NCBI GenBank assembly: GCA_963737655.1
Contig: CAVTTN010000002.1
Coordinates: forward strand, 7,520,001-7,584,000
Length of the DNA stretch: 64,000 nucleotides
From: an uncultured Planctomycetota bacterium
GTDB lineage: Bacteria > Planctomycetota > Planctomycetia > Isosphaerales > Isosphaeraceae
Reading direction: 5' to 3'
The notes below the pieces were generated by a model. That model was not told where the DNA came from. It did no database searches and saw only the letters and a program-made list of their open reading frames with translations. The position numbers and the translations under genes are program-made. Within the stretch, counting starts at the first letter, position 1; every line of letters begins with the position of its first letter. Positions 53,806-64,000 of this stretch are shown here, piece by piece.

Positions 53806-54770
53806 GAGCGCGTCCCTTCGGCGAACCTCGCCGGGATCGGGTCGTTGTTCTCGGGGCGACCCTCGATGTAGAACCAGTCGTGAATCGGTTCGAGGATCGC
53901 CAGGACCTCGGCCAGCAAGGTCGGGTCGATCGGCTGGTCGGCCCATTCGACCCATTTTCGGACGTTCTTCGGGTTCGCCGACCCGACGATGCACGTGGCC
54001 ATGTCCTCGTTGGCGACCGAGTATTGCAAGGCGAGCTGGGCGATGTCCACGCCCTTCGATTCGCAGTGCTCGGCCGCCTTCTTGCAGATCGCACGGACCT
54101 GGGGCGTGGCCTTGTGCCACGGGGGAAGCTCGGTGTTCGTCAGCAGCCTCGCCGAGAACGGCGCCGCGTTCATGATCCCCACGTTCTTGGCTTTGAGGAA
54201 CGGCACGAGGTCGGCGAACATGGTGTTTTGCAAGGTGTAATGGTTGTACGACAGGACGACGTCCAGGTCGGCTCGATCGAGGACGTAGCGAAAGATGTTC
54301 ATCGGGTAGCCGCTGATCCCGATGAAGCGCACCTTCCCCTCGGCCTGGACCTTGCGGAGCGCCGGCAGCGTCTCCTCGACGATCTGGGACATCTCCACGA
54401 ACTCGATGTCGTGGCAGAGCATGACATCGAGATGGTCGGTCTTCATCCGTTCGAGGCTGATATCGACGCTCTCGACGACCCGTTTGGCCGAGAAGTCGAA
54501 ATGGCTGCCGCTGTAGCGGCCGAGCTTCGAGCCGAGGTAATACCGATCGCGAGGGATTCCCTTCAACGCGACCCCGAGGAGACATTCGCTCATCCCCCGG
54601 CCGTAGAACGGCGAGGTGTCGATGAAGTTCATCCCCAGGTCCAGCGCCTCGTGGACCGAGTGGATCGCCTCGCCGAGGTCGATCGAGCGGAACTCCTGGC
54701 CGAGCGACGAGGCGCCGAAGCTCAACCACGACAGTTCCAGGCCCGTCCGGCCGAGTGGTCGGAATTTCAT
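53802..54770 (-). CDS. Aldo/keto reductase, L-galactose/L-fucose dehydrogenase-like
   Basis: FIDTSPFYG.G.SE, FDFSA.RV..SV..SL, CHDIEF and IGISGYP. Confidence 0.85.
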   Translation of the reverse strand: MKFRPLGRTGLELSWLSFGASSLGQEFRSIDLGEAIHSVHEALDLGMNFIDTSPFYGRGMSECLLGVALKGIPRDRYYLGSKLGRYSGSHFDFSAKRVVESVDISLERMKTDHLDVMLCHDIEFVEMSQIVEETLPALRKVQAEGKVRFIGISGYPMNIFRYVLDRADLDVVLSYNHYTLQNTMFADLVPFLKAKNVGIMNAAPFSARLLTNTELPPWHKATPQVRAICKKAAEHCESKGVDIAQLALQYSVANEDMATCIVGSANPKNVRKWVEWADQPIDPTLLAEVLAILEPIHDWFYIEGRPENNDPIPARFAEGTRS

Positions 54771-54893
54771 GAAGAAGGCTCCAGAGCGGACCGGCGGAGT
54801 CGAGGCTGCCGGGAACGTCCCGAATCCTACCATCGACGGCCCGCCAGGGCACCGGGGCAGGGGGGATTCTCAGGGAGCCGAAATTCGAGTGTG

Positions 54894-54973
54894 GAAACGC
54901 GGATTACGCAGATTGCTCAGATTGCATAAATGAAATCCAATTCAATCTGCGTAATCTGCGTAATCTGCGTTTC
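54894..54973. repeat. 31-bp inverted repeat built from three 9-nt units (ACGCAGATT)
   Basis: Arms 54894-54924 and 54943-54973 are 28/31 complementary with an 18-nt AT-rich loop. Confidence 0.88.
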
Positions 54974-55085
54974 AGGATCCGTTCCCGCATCGTCCGGAGA
55001 GAGCGAGGCGGGGGTTGCGATCGGGGGAAGGGCCGATTACCTTCGGCGGGTCTCGGGCGAGTGGATCGGTTCGGGAGGTCGTCCC

Positions 55086-56213
55086 ATGAGCGCGCTGGAT
55101 CGGCCGAGTCGTCGCGAGTTCGGGGGGATCGTCCTGGGCCTGGCGGCCGGGGCGCTGGGGGCGGCGGCTCCGCGTGCAAAGGCTGTCAAAAAACGGCTTT
55201 ACGTCGCCACTCCGGGGATTCGCGACTACCTGGAATACGGCGGCCACGGCCTGATCGTGTTCGACATCGACGACGGCCACAAGTTCGTGAAACGCATCCC
55301 GACCGGCGGCACCGACCCAGCGGGCAAGCCCCGGAACGTCAAGGGAGTCGCCGCGAATGCCGACACCCACAAGATTTACGTCGCGACGACTCATACCCTG
55401 ACCTGCCTCGACCTGCTCAGCGAGTCGATCCTCTGGGAGAAGGAGTATGAGGGCGGCTGCGACCGGATGGCCATCGCCCCGGACGGCTCCAACCTGTATC
55501 TCCCTTCGTTCGAGAAGGACCACTGGAACGTCGTGGACGGGGCCTCGGGCGCGGTGATCGCCAAGATTACGCCCAAATCCGGGTCGCACAACACGGTTTA
55601 TGGCCTCGACGGCAAGCACGTCTACCTCGCCGGCCTCCGCTCGCCGTTGCTGACCGTGGCCGAGACCCGGGGGCACACCGCCGAGAGGACCGTCGGCCCG
55701 TTCGCCGACAGCATCCGGCCGTTCACGGTCAATGGCCGGCAGTCGTTGGTGTTCGTGAACGTTAATGGCTTGCTGGGTTTCGAAATCGGCGACCTGAAGA
55801 CGGGAAAGAAGATCCATCGGGTCGAGGTGAAGGGGTTCAAGACGGGCCCGGTGAAGCGTCATGGATGCCCGAGTCACGGGATTGGCCTCACTCCGGATGA
55901 GACCGAGATCTGGGTCTCGGACGCCACGAACCGGCGGATCCACGTCTTCGACAACACCGTCATGCCCCCGAAACCGATGGTCAGCCTGGAGTTGCGGGAC
56001 GAGCCGGGCTGGGTCACGTTCGGCCTCGACGGCAAGCTTGCCTATCCCTCGACGGGCGAGGTCTTCGACGTGGCGACCAAGAAGATCGTGGCGACCCTGA
56101 CCGACGAGACCGGGCGGGCGGTCCAGAGCGAGAAGCTCCTGGAACTGACCTTCGACGGCGACCGGCCCGTCAAGGCGGCCGATCAATTCGGCCTGGGGAG
56201 GGTCCGGGATTGA
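55086..56213 (+). CDS. Exported YncE/YVTN-like beta-propeller protein
   Basis: SRREF Tat-like signal; repeats such as DRMAIAPDG and HGIGLTPDE; GGAGG RBS. Confidence 0.75.
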   Translation: MSALDRPSRREFGGIVLGLAAGALGAAAPRAKAVKKRLYVATPGIRDYLEYGGHGLIVFDIDDGHKFVKRIPTGGTDPAGKPRNVKGVAANADTHKIYVATTHTLTCLDLLSESILWEKEYEGGCDRMAIAPDGSNLYLPSFEKDHWNVVDGASGAVIAKITPKSGSHNTVYGLDGKHVYLAGLRSPLLTVAETRGHTAERTVGPFADSIRPFTVNGRQSLVFVNVNGLLGFEIGDLKTGKKIHRVEVKGFKTGPVKRHGCPSHGIGLTPDETEIWVSDATNRRIHVFDNTVMPPKPMVSLELRDEPGWVTFGLDGKLAYPSTGEVFDVATKKIVATLTDETGRAVQSEKLLELTFDGDRPVKAADQFGLGRVRD

Positions 56214-57358
56214 TCCGCGCGGCCCTTGGGCTTGGCGGGACCCTGATCATCGCCTTCGTCCTGCTCGACGGGTTCGAGGCGATGCTTTTGCCTCGGCGGA
56301 TCTCCCGGTCGATCCGATTCGCCCGTTATTATTACCAGACAAGTTGGCGAATCTGGGTCGTTCTTTCGGGCCCGATGCCCTCGCCGAAGCGGAAGGGGGG
56401 CTTCCTGAGCCTCTATGGGCCGCTTTCGATCCTCGTCCTCTTCGCCATCTGGGCCGTGGCCCTGATCGCCGCATTCGCCATGTTGCAGCAGGCGGCGGGA
56501 TCGAGGCTGAATCCGGCCCGCGAGGTGGGGACGTTTGGTGATCTGATCTATTTAAGCGGGGTGACGTTCTTTACGCTCGGGTTTGGCGACCTCACGCCGA
56601 TCGACCCGGTCGGTCGGGGCCTGTGCGTTGCAGAAGCAGGGCTGGGGTTCGCGTTCCTGGCCGTGGTCATCAGCTACTTGCCGGTGCTGTATCAGGCGTT
56701 CTCGAAACGAGAAGCGACGATTTCGCTGATGGATGCCCGCGCCGGGTCGCCGCCGTCGGCCGACCAGCTCCTGATCCGCCTCGGCCCGAGCCGGTCGGCG
56801 GACCCCCTCGATCGGCTCTTCTCGGAATGGGAGCGATGGGCGGCCGAGCTTCTCGAAAGTCACATTTCGTTCCCACTGCTCAGTTTTTATCGATCGCAGC
56901 ACGACAATCAGTCCTGGCTGGCGTCTCTGGCGATGATCCTCGACGCCTCGTCGATCGCGGTCGCGGAATTCTCGGGCGTGGACACCTATCAGGCCCGGCT
57001 CACGTTCGCGATGGCCCGGCACGCCGCCGTGGACCTGGCTCAAATCTTCCAGGTGCCGCCCCAGGAACCCAATCCGCCTCGGCTTGATCCGTCTCGGGCG
57101 GCGATCTTGCGGGCCGAGCTCGAAAAATCCGGCTGGGAAGTTCGCGGCGACCCGGCGGCCTGTGCCAAGCTGGAGGAGCTGCGAAGCACGTATGAACCCT
57201 TCCTCGAAGCGCTCGGCCGGTACTTCCGCCTGAACGTCCCGCCGATCGTCCGGGACACCCCGCCGGTGGACAACTGGCAGACGAGCGCGTGGATGAGGCG
57301 GACCAGCGGCCTCGCCGGCCTGGCCACGGCCCCGGGAGCGGATGACCACGACGATTGA
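56210..57358 (+). CDS. Potassium-channel (Ion_trans_2) family membrane protein
   Basis: YLSGVTFFTLGFGD pore motif between TM helices; ESHISFP...YRSQH tail. Confidence 0.82.
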   Translation: MIRAALGLGGTLIIAFVLLDGFEAMLLPRRISRSIRFARYYYQTSWRIWVVLSGPMPSPKRKGGFLSLYGPLSILVLFAIWAVALIAAFAMLQQAAGSRLNPAREVGTFGDLIYLSGVTFFTLGFGDLTPIDPVGRGLCVAEAGLGFAFLAVVISYLPVLYQAFSKREATISLMDARAGSPPSADQLLIRLGPSRSADPLDRLFSEWERWAAELLESHISFPLLSFYRSQHDNQSWLASLAMILDASSIAVAEFSGVDTYQARLTFAMARHAAVDLAQIFQVPPQEPNPPRLDPSRAAILRAELEKSGWEVRGDPAACAKLEELRSTYEPFLEALGRYFRLNVPPIVRDTPPVDNWQTSAWMRRTSGLAGLATAPGADDHDD

Positions 57359-57395
57359 GGCGACTGAGCCGGGCAGCCCTCGACGAGGAAGACCC

Positions 57396-57809
57396 ATGCT
57401 TCGAGGTCTGGAAACGCCGATCGCGGAGAGCGGGATCGGCGGGCGAGACCGCCGGTTCCGGGTTGCCGGCAGGTGCGTCCTCGCGGCAGTGTCCATCGCG
57501 ATGACTTGTCTGATCCCGTGGCTCCTGGTGTTCCAGGAAGTCCGGGCGGGGGTGACTCGGGGCCGGGCCGGCGAGTCGCCGTCCGCGATCGGACCGGATC
57601 GGACGTTCGAGATGCGATACGTCGTCCGCGGGACGATTTACACGGCAAGAGCGGACGCCCTGCTCCCCGACGGCGTCCGGCTCCGGGTCGATGACGATGG
57701 AACCGTCGGTTCGACGCTGAGGATCTTCGTGAACGACCGATTCCCGGTCTGGTGGGAATGGGTCGATTTGAACCCCAGGGCCTCCACCTCGAAGCGTTGC
57801 TCGGGATGA
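57396..57809 (+). CDS. Small hypothetical protein with one TM helix
   Basis: GAGGAAG RBS; similar to the downstream paralog. Confidence 0.6.
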   Translation: MLRGLETPIAESGIGGRDRRFRVAGRCVLAAVSIAMTCLIPWLLVFQEVRAGVTRGRAGESPSAIGPDRTFEMRYVVRGTIYTARADALLPDGVRLRVDDDGTVGSTLRIFVNDRFPVWWEWVDLNPRASTSKRCSG

Positions 57810-58050
57810 GCGTCGTCTTTCTCCTCCTGGCGGCCCGGGACGCGCTCCGTCCGAGAAAAACGAAGCCCTCCGCGATCTAGAGCGGGTCACGCTCGGGTCG
57901 CCCACGCCTCGGGCTGGTGATCGAGCAACGTACCCCGAATCCGGATCGAATTCGGCCTTGTGGCGGTCCTGGAGAATGTGAGGCGGCCCGGTCGCCTCGA
58001 GTCGCCGAACGCCAGTTCGTGAGGCGGATTTGGGGAAGGGGGCGAGTTCG

Positions 58051-58482
58051 ATGTACCGACGCCGTCGGATCGCCGTCTAGCTCCTGCTCGCCGCGATCTC
58101 GCTCTCGCTCCTCGGGTTCCTGCCGAAGCTTCTCGTCTTCGAACCCATCGAGGCAAGTTTCTCCCGGAGGACGGGCCGCCTTTTCCAGGGCCGGTATCGC
58201 GTCCAGGAGGCGGCTTACGCGACGCTCTACGAACCGGAGGAAGGGGACCGGAGCGAGATCCTGGAAGCGACTACCTCGGCCGGCTCCCGAATGACGATCT
58301 TCGTGAATCGCGCGTTCCCCTCCTGGTGGCGGCGGGAGGATTTCCCGAAGAAATCGGTTCCGCACGAATCGCTTCGCGGTCTCGCCTTCCTGTTCGCGAG
58401 CATGGCGGCGCTGGAGGGCGTTCGGACGAAGGGGCGAAATCGCCCCGGCGCCGGTCGGTGCGAACCGGAGGCCCCCCCTTGA
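58051..58482 (+). pseudogene. Paralog of 57396..57809 interrupted by an in-frame TAG at codon 10
   Basis: MYRRRRIAV*LLLAAISLSLLGFLPKLLVF...GSRMTIFVNRAFPSWW aligns with VLAAVSIAMTCLIPWLLVF...GSTLRIFVNDRFPVWW. Confidence 0.6.
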
Positions 58483-58811
58483 TCGCGACGGGTCCGGGGC
58501 CTTCGCTGTTTTGAGGCCCCGTCGGATCGACCGGCGTTCCGGTCGGGGCCGTTTCCTTCTCGGCGGGAGATTCTTCCGAAGGGTCTTATGGGGCACGGGT
58601 TCCGTCTTTGGGACCCGATTCACGCAAGCTGCGTCCGGGCGAAAGCTCCCGGAAACGGAAACGGCCCTGGAGGTCTCGTCGGAGTATGATCCTTTCTTGT
58701 CGGTCTTCGGGTAGACTCAAGGACCCGGGAACCGCTTCGGAACAAGCGGGGTCGGGTTGATGCCGCAAGGGTCTCTCAGGACCTGGCGCGGTTCTTGCTG
58801 AGGATTGGTAC

Positions 58812-61800
58812 ATGGAAGCCTGGGTCGAGGACTTCGAAGTCCCTCCCGGCGATCCCTCGGAGCCGAGCGGACCCAGAATGGACCCGACCGAACGTAGGTC
58901 TCCGATCCCCGACCCCCTCGCGTCCCTCGCCGAAGGAGGCGAGATGGGCGGTCGCACGCGGGCGTTCGACTGGTCCGCGACGCCCCTCGGGCCGATCGAT
59001 GGCTGGCCTCGGGCGTTGCGGACGGTGGTCCGCGTGATGCTGGACTCGCGATACGCCATGTGGTTGGGCTGGGGCCCGGACCTGATCTTCTTCTACAACG
59101 ACGCCTACGCCCGGATGACCCTCGGGCCCAAGCACCCCTGGGCCCTGGGCCGACCGGCCCGCGAGGTCTGGTCGGAGATCTGGGACGACATCGGGCCCCG
59201 GGCCGATCAGGTCGTCCGGACCGGCCAGGCCACGTGGGACGAGGGGCTGCTCCTGTTCCTGGAGAGGCAGGGGTTCCGCGAGGAGACTTACCACACCTTC
59301 TCGTACAGCCCCGTGCCCGACGATGCCGGAGGGGTCGGCGGGTTGCTATGCGTGGTGACCGAGGACACCGAGAGGACCGTCGGCGAGCGTCGCCTGAGGA
59401 CACTCCGCGAGCTGGCGGCCCGGACGAGCGACGAGACGAGTTCGGCCGTCGAAGCGTGCCGGACGGCGGCCAGGACCCTCGCCGCGAATCCTCAGGACGT
59501 GGCGTTCACCTTATTCTACCTGCTCGATGCCGAGGGCCGGCGGGCGACCCTGGCCGGTTCGGCCGGGGTGGAGGCGGGGTCGCCGATGAGTCCGACGGTC
59601 GTGGACCTGGACGACGACACCGCGCCGTGGCCGTTCGGCCGGGTCGTGGCGACGGGTCGGTCGGCGGACGTCGAAGGGTCGGCCGAGCGGTTCGGCCCGT
59701 GGCCTGGCGGGGTCTGGCCCGAGCCGTCCCGGCGGGCGGTTCTCCTGCCGATGGCCCGGCCGGGTCAATCGCAGCTCGCCGGGTTCGTCGTGGTGGGCGT
59801 GAGTCCGCGCCGCCCCCTGGACGACGGCTATCGAGGCTTCCTGGACCTCCTGGCCGGCCAGATCGCCAACACCGTGGCCAACGCCCGCGCCTATGCCGAG
59901 GAACGGCGGAGGGCCGAGGAACTCGCCGAGCTCGACCGGGCCAAGACGGCGTTCTTCTCCAACGTCAGCCACGAGTTCCGCACGCCCTTGACCCTGCTCC
60001 TGGGACCCGTCGAGGACATCCTGGCCAAGCCGCCGGGCGAGGTCCTCGCCGCCAACCGGGACCTCCTGGAGGTCGTCCACCGCAACGCGCTCCGGCTCCA
60101 GAAGCTGGTCAATAGCTTGCTGGATTTCTCCAGGATCGAGGCCGGGCGAGTCCGGGCCCAGTTCGAGCCGACGGACCTGGCGGGTTTCACCGCCGAGCCT
60201 CGCCAGCAACTTCCACTCGGCCTGCGACCGGGCCGGCCTGGCCCTGGTCGTCGATTGCCCGCCGGCGGCCGAGCCGGCGTTCGTGGATCGGGACATGTGG
60301 GAGAAGATCGTCCTGAACCTCGTCTCCAACGCCTTCAAATACACCCTGGAAGGCCGGATCGAGGTGAGTCTCCGCCAGGAAGGCGACCGGTCCGAGCTGG
60401 AGGTGAAGGATACCGGGGTGGGCATCCCGGCCGAGGAGATGCCCAAGCTGTTCGAGAGGTTCCACCGGGTCGAGGCCTCTCGGGGCCGGACCCAGGAAGG
60501 CTCGGGGATCGGCCTGGCGCTGGTCAAGGAGCTCGCCCGGTTCCACGGAGGCGACGTCCGGGCCGAGAGCCGCCCCGGCCAGGGATCGACGTTCACCGTG
60601 TCGATCCCCCTGGGTTCGTCCCACCTGCCGGCCGACCGGGTCGGCGCCCGGCGGGAGGGGCCGTCGACGGCCCTGGGCGCGGCGTCCTTCGTGGAAGAGG
60701 CGCAGCGATGGCTGCCCGGGGCGTGGGCGGCGGCCCCTCCGGCGATCGTGCCGAGCGGCGACCGGCCGCCCGGGGCGTCGTCGCCGCCCCCCGGCTCCCG
60801 GCCCCGCGTCCTCCTGGCGGATGATAATGCGGACATGCGTGAGTATGTCCGCCGATTGCTGGCGACTCGCTTCGCCGTGGAGGCGGTCGGCGACGGCGTC
60901 TCGGCCCTGGCCTCGGCCCGGTCGCTCCGGCCCGACCTGGTCCTCTCCGACGTGATGATGCCGGGCCTGGACGGCTTCGGCCTCCTCCGCGAGCTCCGGG
61001 CCGACCCGGGCACGCGAGACGTGCCGGTCCTGCTCCTCTCGGCCCGGGCCGGGGAGGAGGTCGAGGGCCTGGAAGCCGGGGCCGACGACTACCTGACCAA
61101 GCCGTTCCACGCTCGCGAGCTCCTCGCCCGGGTCGCCTCGCAAATCGACCTGGCCGCTCTCCGGCGTCAGGCGGAGACGGAGCGCAGGCTGGGCGAGGAG
61201 CGAAGCCGGGCGATCCTGGAAAGCATCACCGACGCCTTCTTCGCCGTCGATCGCGCCTGGAAGTTCACCTATGTGAATCGCCAGGCCGAGCAGGTCCTCG
61301 ACCGCCGCGCCGGCGAGCTCCTCGGCCGGACCCTCTGGGAAGTCTTCCCCGGCCTGGTCGGCAGCGAATTCGAGCCGTCGTACCTCCGGGCGATGGACCA
61401 GGGGGAGTCGAGCTCGCTGACCTCCTATTATCTCGACCACGACCGCTGGTACGAGGTCCACACCTACCCCGCCGCCGAGGGCGTCTCGATCTACTTCCGC
61501 GACGTGACCGAGAAGGTCCGCGCCGAGGAGCGAGAGCGGGCACTCCTGTCGGAGGCGGCCTCGGCCAACCTGAGATTCCGAGCGTTCTTCGAGCAAGGCG
61601 CCCTGTTCGCCGGGATCATGGCCGTCGACGGAACGATCCTCGAGCCCAACCGGCTTTCTCTGGAGGCGTGCGGGTTCACCCGAGAGCAGGTCATCGGCCG
61701 GAAGTTCTGGGAATGTCCGTGGTGGAGCCCGTCGCCGGACGTCTCCCGGACGATCCGCGAGGCGTCGGCCCTGGCGGCCCTCGGTCACACCTTTCGCGCC

Positions 61801-63543
61801 GAGATGCCGTACTTCGTCGCCGACGGCGGCCAGGGCGTCCTGGACCTGATCCTCCTGCCCATCAAGGACGATGAGGGGCGGGTCCTCTTCCTCGCGCCCA
61901 CCGGCACGGACGTCACCGAGAGGAAACGGGCCGAGGCCGCCCTGATCCGCCTGACCCTGGAGTCCGAGCAACAGCGGAGGGTCTACGAGACGGCCCTCTC
62001 CAACACCGCCGACTTCAATTACGTCTTCGACCTGGACGGCCGGTTCAGCTATGTCAACGACGCCCTCCTCAGCCTCTGGCGAAAGACGCTGCCGGAAGCG
62101 ATCGGGAAGAACTTCTTCGAGCTGGACTATCCGCAGGAGCTGGCCCAACAGCTCCAGGACGAGATTCGCCAGGTGATCCGCACGAAGTCGCGGGTCCGGG
62201 GAGAGACCCCCTACACCGGTCCCGACGGCGAGCGGCAATACGAGTACATCTTCGTGCCCGTTCTCAAGGACGACGGCTCGGTCGGTGCCGTCGCGGGCTC
62301 GACCCGGGACATCACCGAGAGGAAGGAATGGGAGGAGGGCCTGAGGAGGCTGGCGGCCGACCTCTCCGAGGCCGATCGCCGCAAGGATGAGTTCCTCGCC
62401 ACGCTCGCCCACGAGCTCCGCAACCCCCTGGCGCCGATCCGCAACGGATTGCAGATCCTCCGCCTCGCCGGCGACGATCGCTCGGCCGCCGAGGAGGCGC
62501 GGATGCTCATGGAACGCCAGGTGGCCCACATGGTCCGCCTGATCGACGACTTGCTGGACGTTTCGCGGATCACCCGGGGCAAGCTGGAGCTCCGGAGGGA
62601 GCGGGTCGAGCTCGCGGCGGTCGTCCAGGTCGCCGTCGAGACCAGTCGGCCGCTGGTGGAGTCCGCCGGCCACGAGCTTTCCGTGACCATGCCGGCTCGC
62701 CCGATCGTCCTGGACGCCGACCCGACCCGCCTGGCCCAGGTGATCTCCAACCTCCTGAACAACGCGGCCAAGTACACCGAGCCCGGCGGCCAGATCGCCC
62801 TGGTCGTCGAGCGTCGGGGCGGCGAGGCCGTCGTGACGATCCGCGACAACGGCGTGGGCATCCCGGCCGAGATGCTTCCCCGAGTGTTCGACATGTTCGC
62901 GCAGGTCGACCAATCGTTGGAGAAGTCGCAGGGAGGGCTGGGGATCGGCCTGACCCTGGTCCAGAGGCTCACGCAGATGCACGGGGGGTCGGTCGAAGCC
63001 AGGAGCGACGGCCGCCCCGGCCTCGGCAGCGAATTCCAGGTTCGGCTGCCGATCGAAGCCGAGGCGACCGCCCGCCCGGCGGCTCGTCCGGCCTCGCCGC
63101 TGCCCCTCGGACCCAGCCCGAGCCTTCGCATCCTCATCGTCGATGACAACCTGGACTCCGCCCGGACCCTCGCCCGGCTTCTCCGCCTCCTCGGGCATCG
63201 CACCTTCACCGCCCACGACGGCGGTGAGGCTCTGGAGGTGGCCGAGGAGGAACGGCCAGACGTGGTCCTCCTGGACATCGGCTTGCCCGTGCTCAACGGC
63301 TACGACGTGGCCCGGCAGATCCGCCAGCGCCCCTGGGGCCGGGACATCCAGATCATCGCCCTGACCGGCTGGGGCCAGGAGTCCGACCGCCAGCGGTCGA
63401 AGGAGTCGGGATTTGACCACCACCTGGTCAAGCCGATCGACCCGGACGCCTTGCGGGGCCTCTTGCTCGGGCCCACCACCAACGGAGGGCCCGCCCCGAG
63501 CCCGTCCGCCACCGTGACGACGGCCCCTCCTCACGGCTCATGA
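58812..63543 (+). CDS. Hybrid histidine kinase with two kinase cores, PAS-GAF-HK-REC-3xPAS-HK-REC (frameshifted at ~60198)
   Basis: H-boxes VSHEFRTPL and LAHELRNPL, two HATPase and two REC domains; removing one C at 60198-60199 joins the ORFs; start may be 58878. Confidence 0.88.
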
Positions 63544-63577
63544 CGCTCGACGCCGATCCCGGTCGTCTCGCCGAAGT

Positions 63578-64000
63578 CTACTCCGATGGCCTTGAACCGT
63601 CTTCCAGGAGCCGCTTGAGAGTGGAGAGAAGCGTGGGGATGTCGAACGGCTTGAAGTGGACCGCGTCGGCATCCTCGTGGAACGGGCGATCGGGCCTGGG
63701 GTCGGCCTCGGGCCGGTGCCCGGTGATCAGGACGGTCCGGGCCTCGGGATTCTGGGCCCGGACTCTTCGGACCAACTCGGCCCCGTCGCCGTCGGGGAGT
63801 TTCAGGTCGATCAGAACGACGCGGAACGAGCGGTTCCCCAGGCTCCGGGCCGCGCCGGCCTCGTCGTGGGCGAGGCACACGCGGTAACCCTGGCCGTGAA
63901 GGACGTCCCAGAGGCTCGCGCACAGGTCGCGATCGTCGTCCACGACGAGCAGCAAGGGTTGCTCCAGGGCGAGATCGATCTGCCGTTTCAGGCGGGGCAG
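63578..64000 (-). CDS. Response regulator receiver protein (5' part outside the window)
   Basis: LLVVDDD, VLIDLKLPDGDG, LITG and KPFD; frame open to the window edge. Confidence 0.8.
   Translation of the reverse strand: MPRLKRQIDLALEQPLLLVVDDDRDLCASLWDVLHGQGYRVCLAHDEAGAARSLGNRSFRVVLIDLKLPDGDGAELVRRVRAQNPEARTVLITGHRPEADPRPDRPFHEDADAVHFKPFDIPTLLSTLKRLLEDGSRPSE

Noticed and set aside
54894..54973. CRISPR array
   Set aside because: The units are 9-nt tandem repeats with no unique spacers, and no cas genes are present
58630..58790. Riboswitch (c-di-GMP-like) upstream of the hybrid kinase
   Set aside because: GAAA-loop hairpins are present, but the conserved GGCAAAC...GACGCAAAG pattern is not matched

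Overview
This 64-kb GC-rich window has gene content typical of a planctomycete (DUF1501, DUF1549/DUF1553, BlaI/M56 and MoxR-VWA genes); the taxon is inferred from that content only. In order it holds: queC, a DapA-family aldolase, a zincin, an ActP/DUF485 transporter pair and a P450; a partial type VI secretion cluster (tssA-B-C-hcp-tagJ-tssE-F-G) next to two Cys-rich exported proteins; a ~25-kb block of two convergent operons; a second DUF1501 gene; an 8-gene sugar-acid operon; a beta-propeller and K-channel-like pair; two small paralogous membrane proteins; and a double-kinase hybrid sensor with a partial response regulator. The + operon of the 25-kb block (19.9-35.3 kb) encodes five paralogous secreted proteins, a caspase-fold protein, MoxR, DUF58, BatA/VWA, a DUF4175-like protein and a VWA-GATase protein. 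The - operon (36.0-45.2 kb) encodes BlaI, an M56 peptidase with 21 WD40 repeats, DUF1549/1553, DUF1501 and an EF-hand protein. The strongest sequence-level signal is a 52-bp promoter/operator element (46/52 identical, TTGACA plus a BlaI-type GACTACA-NN-TGTAGTC site) found both upstream of blaI and inside the MoxR operon, with a degenerate third copy, which suggests both operons form one BlaI regulon. Nine genes carry a frameshift, mostly at G/C runs, and these are probably sequencing errors. All family calls come from motif recognition by eye; no searches were run.
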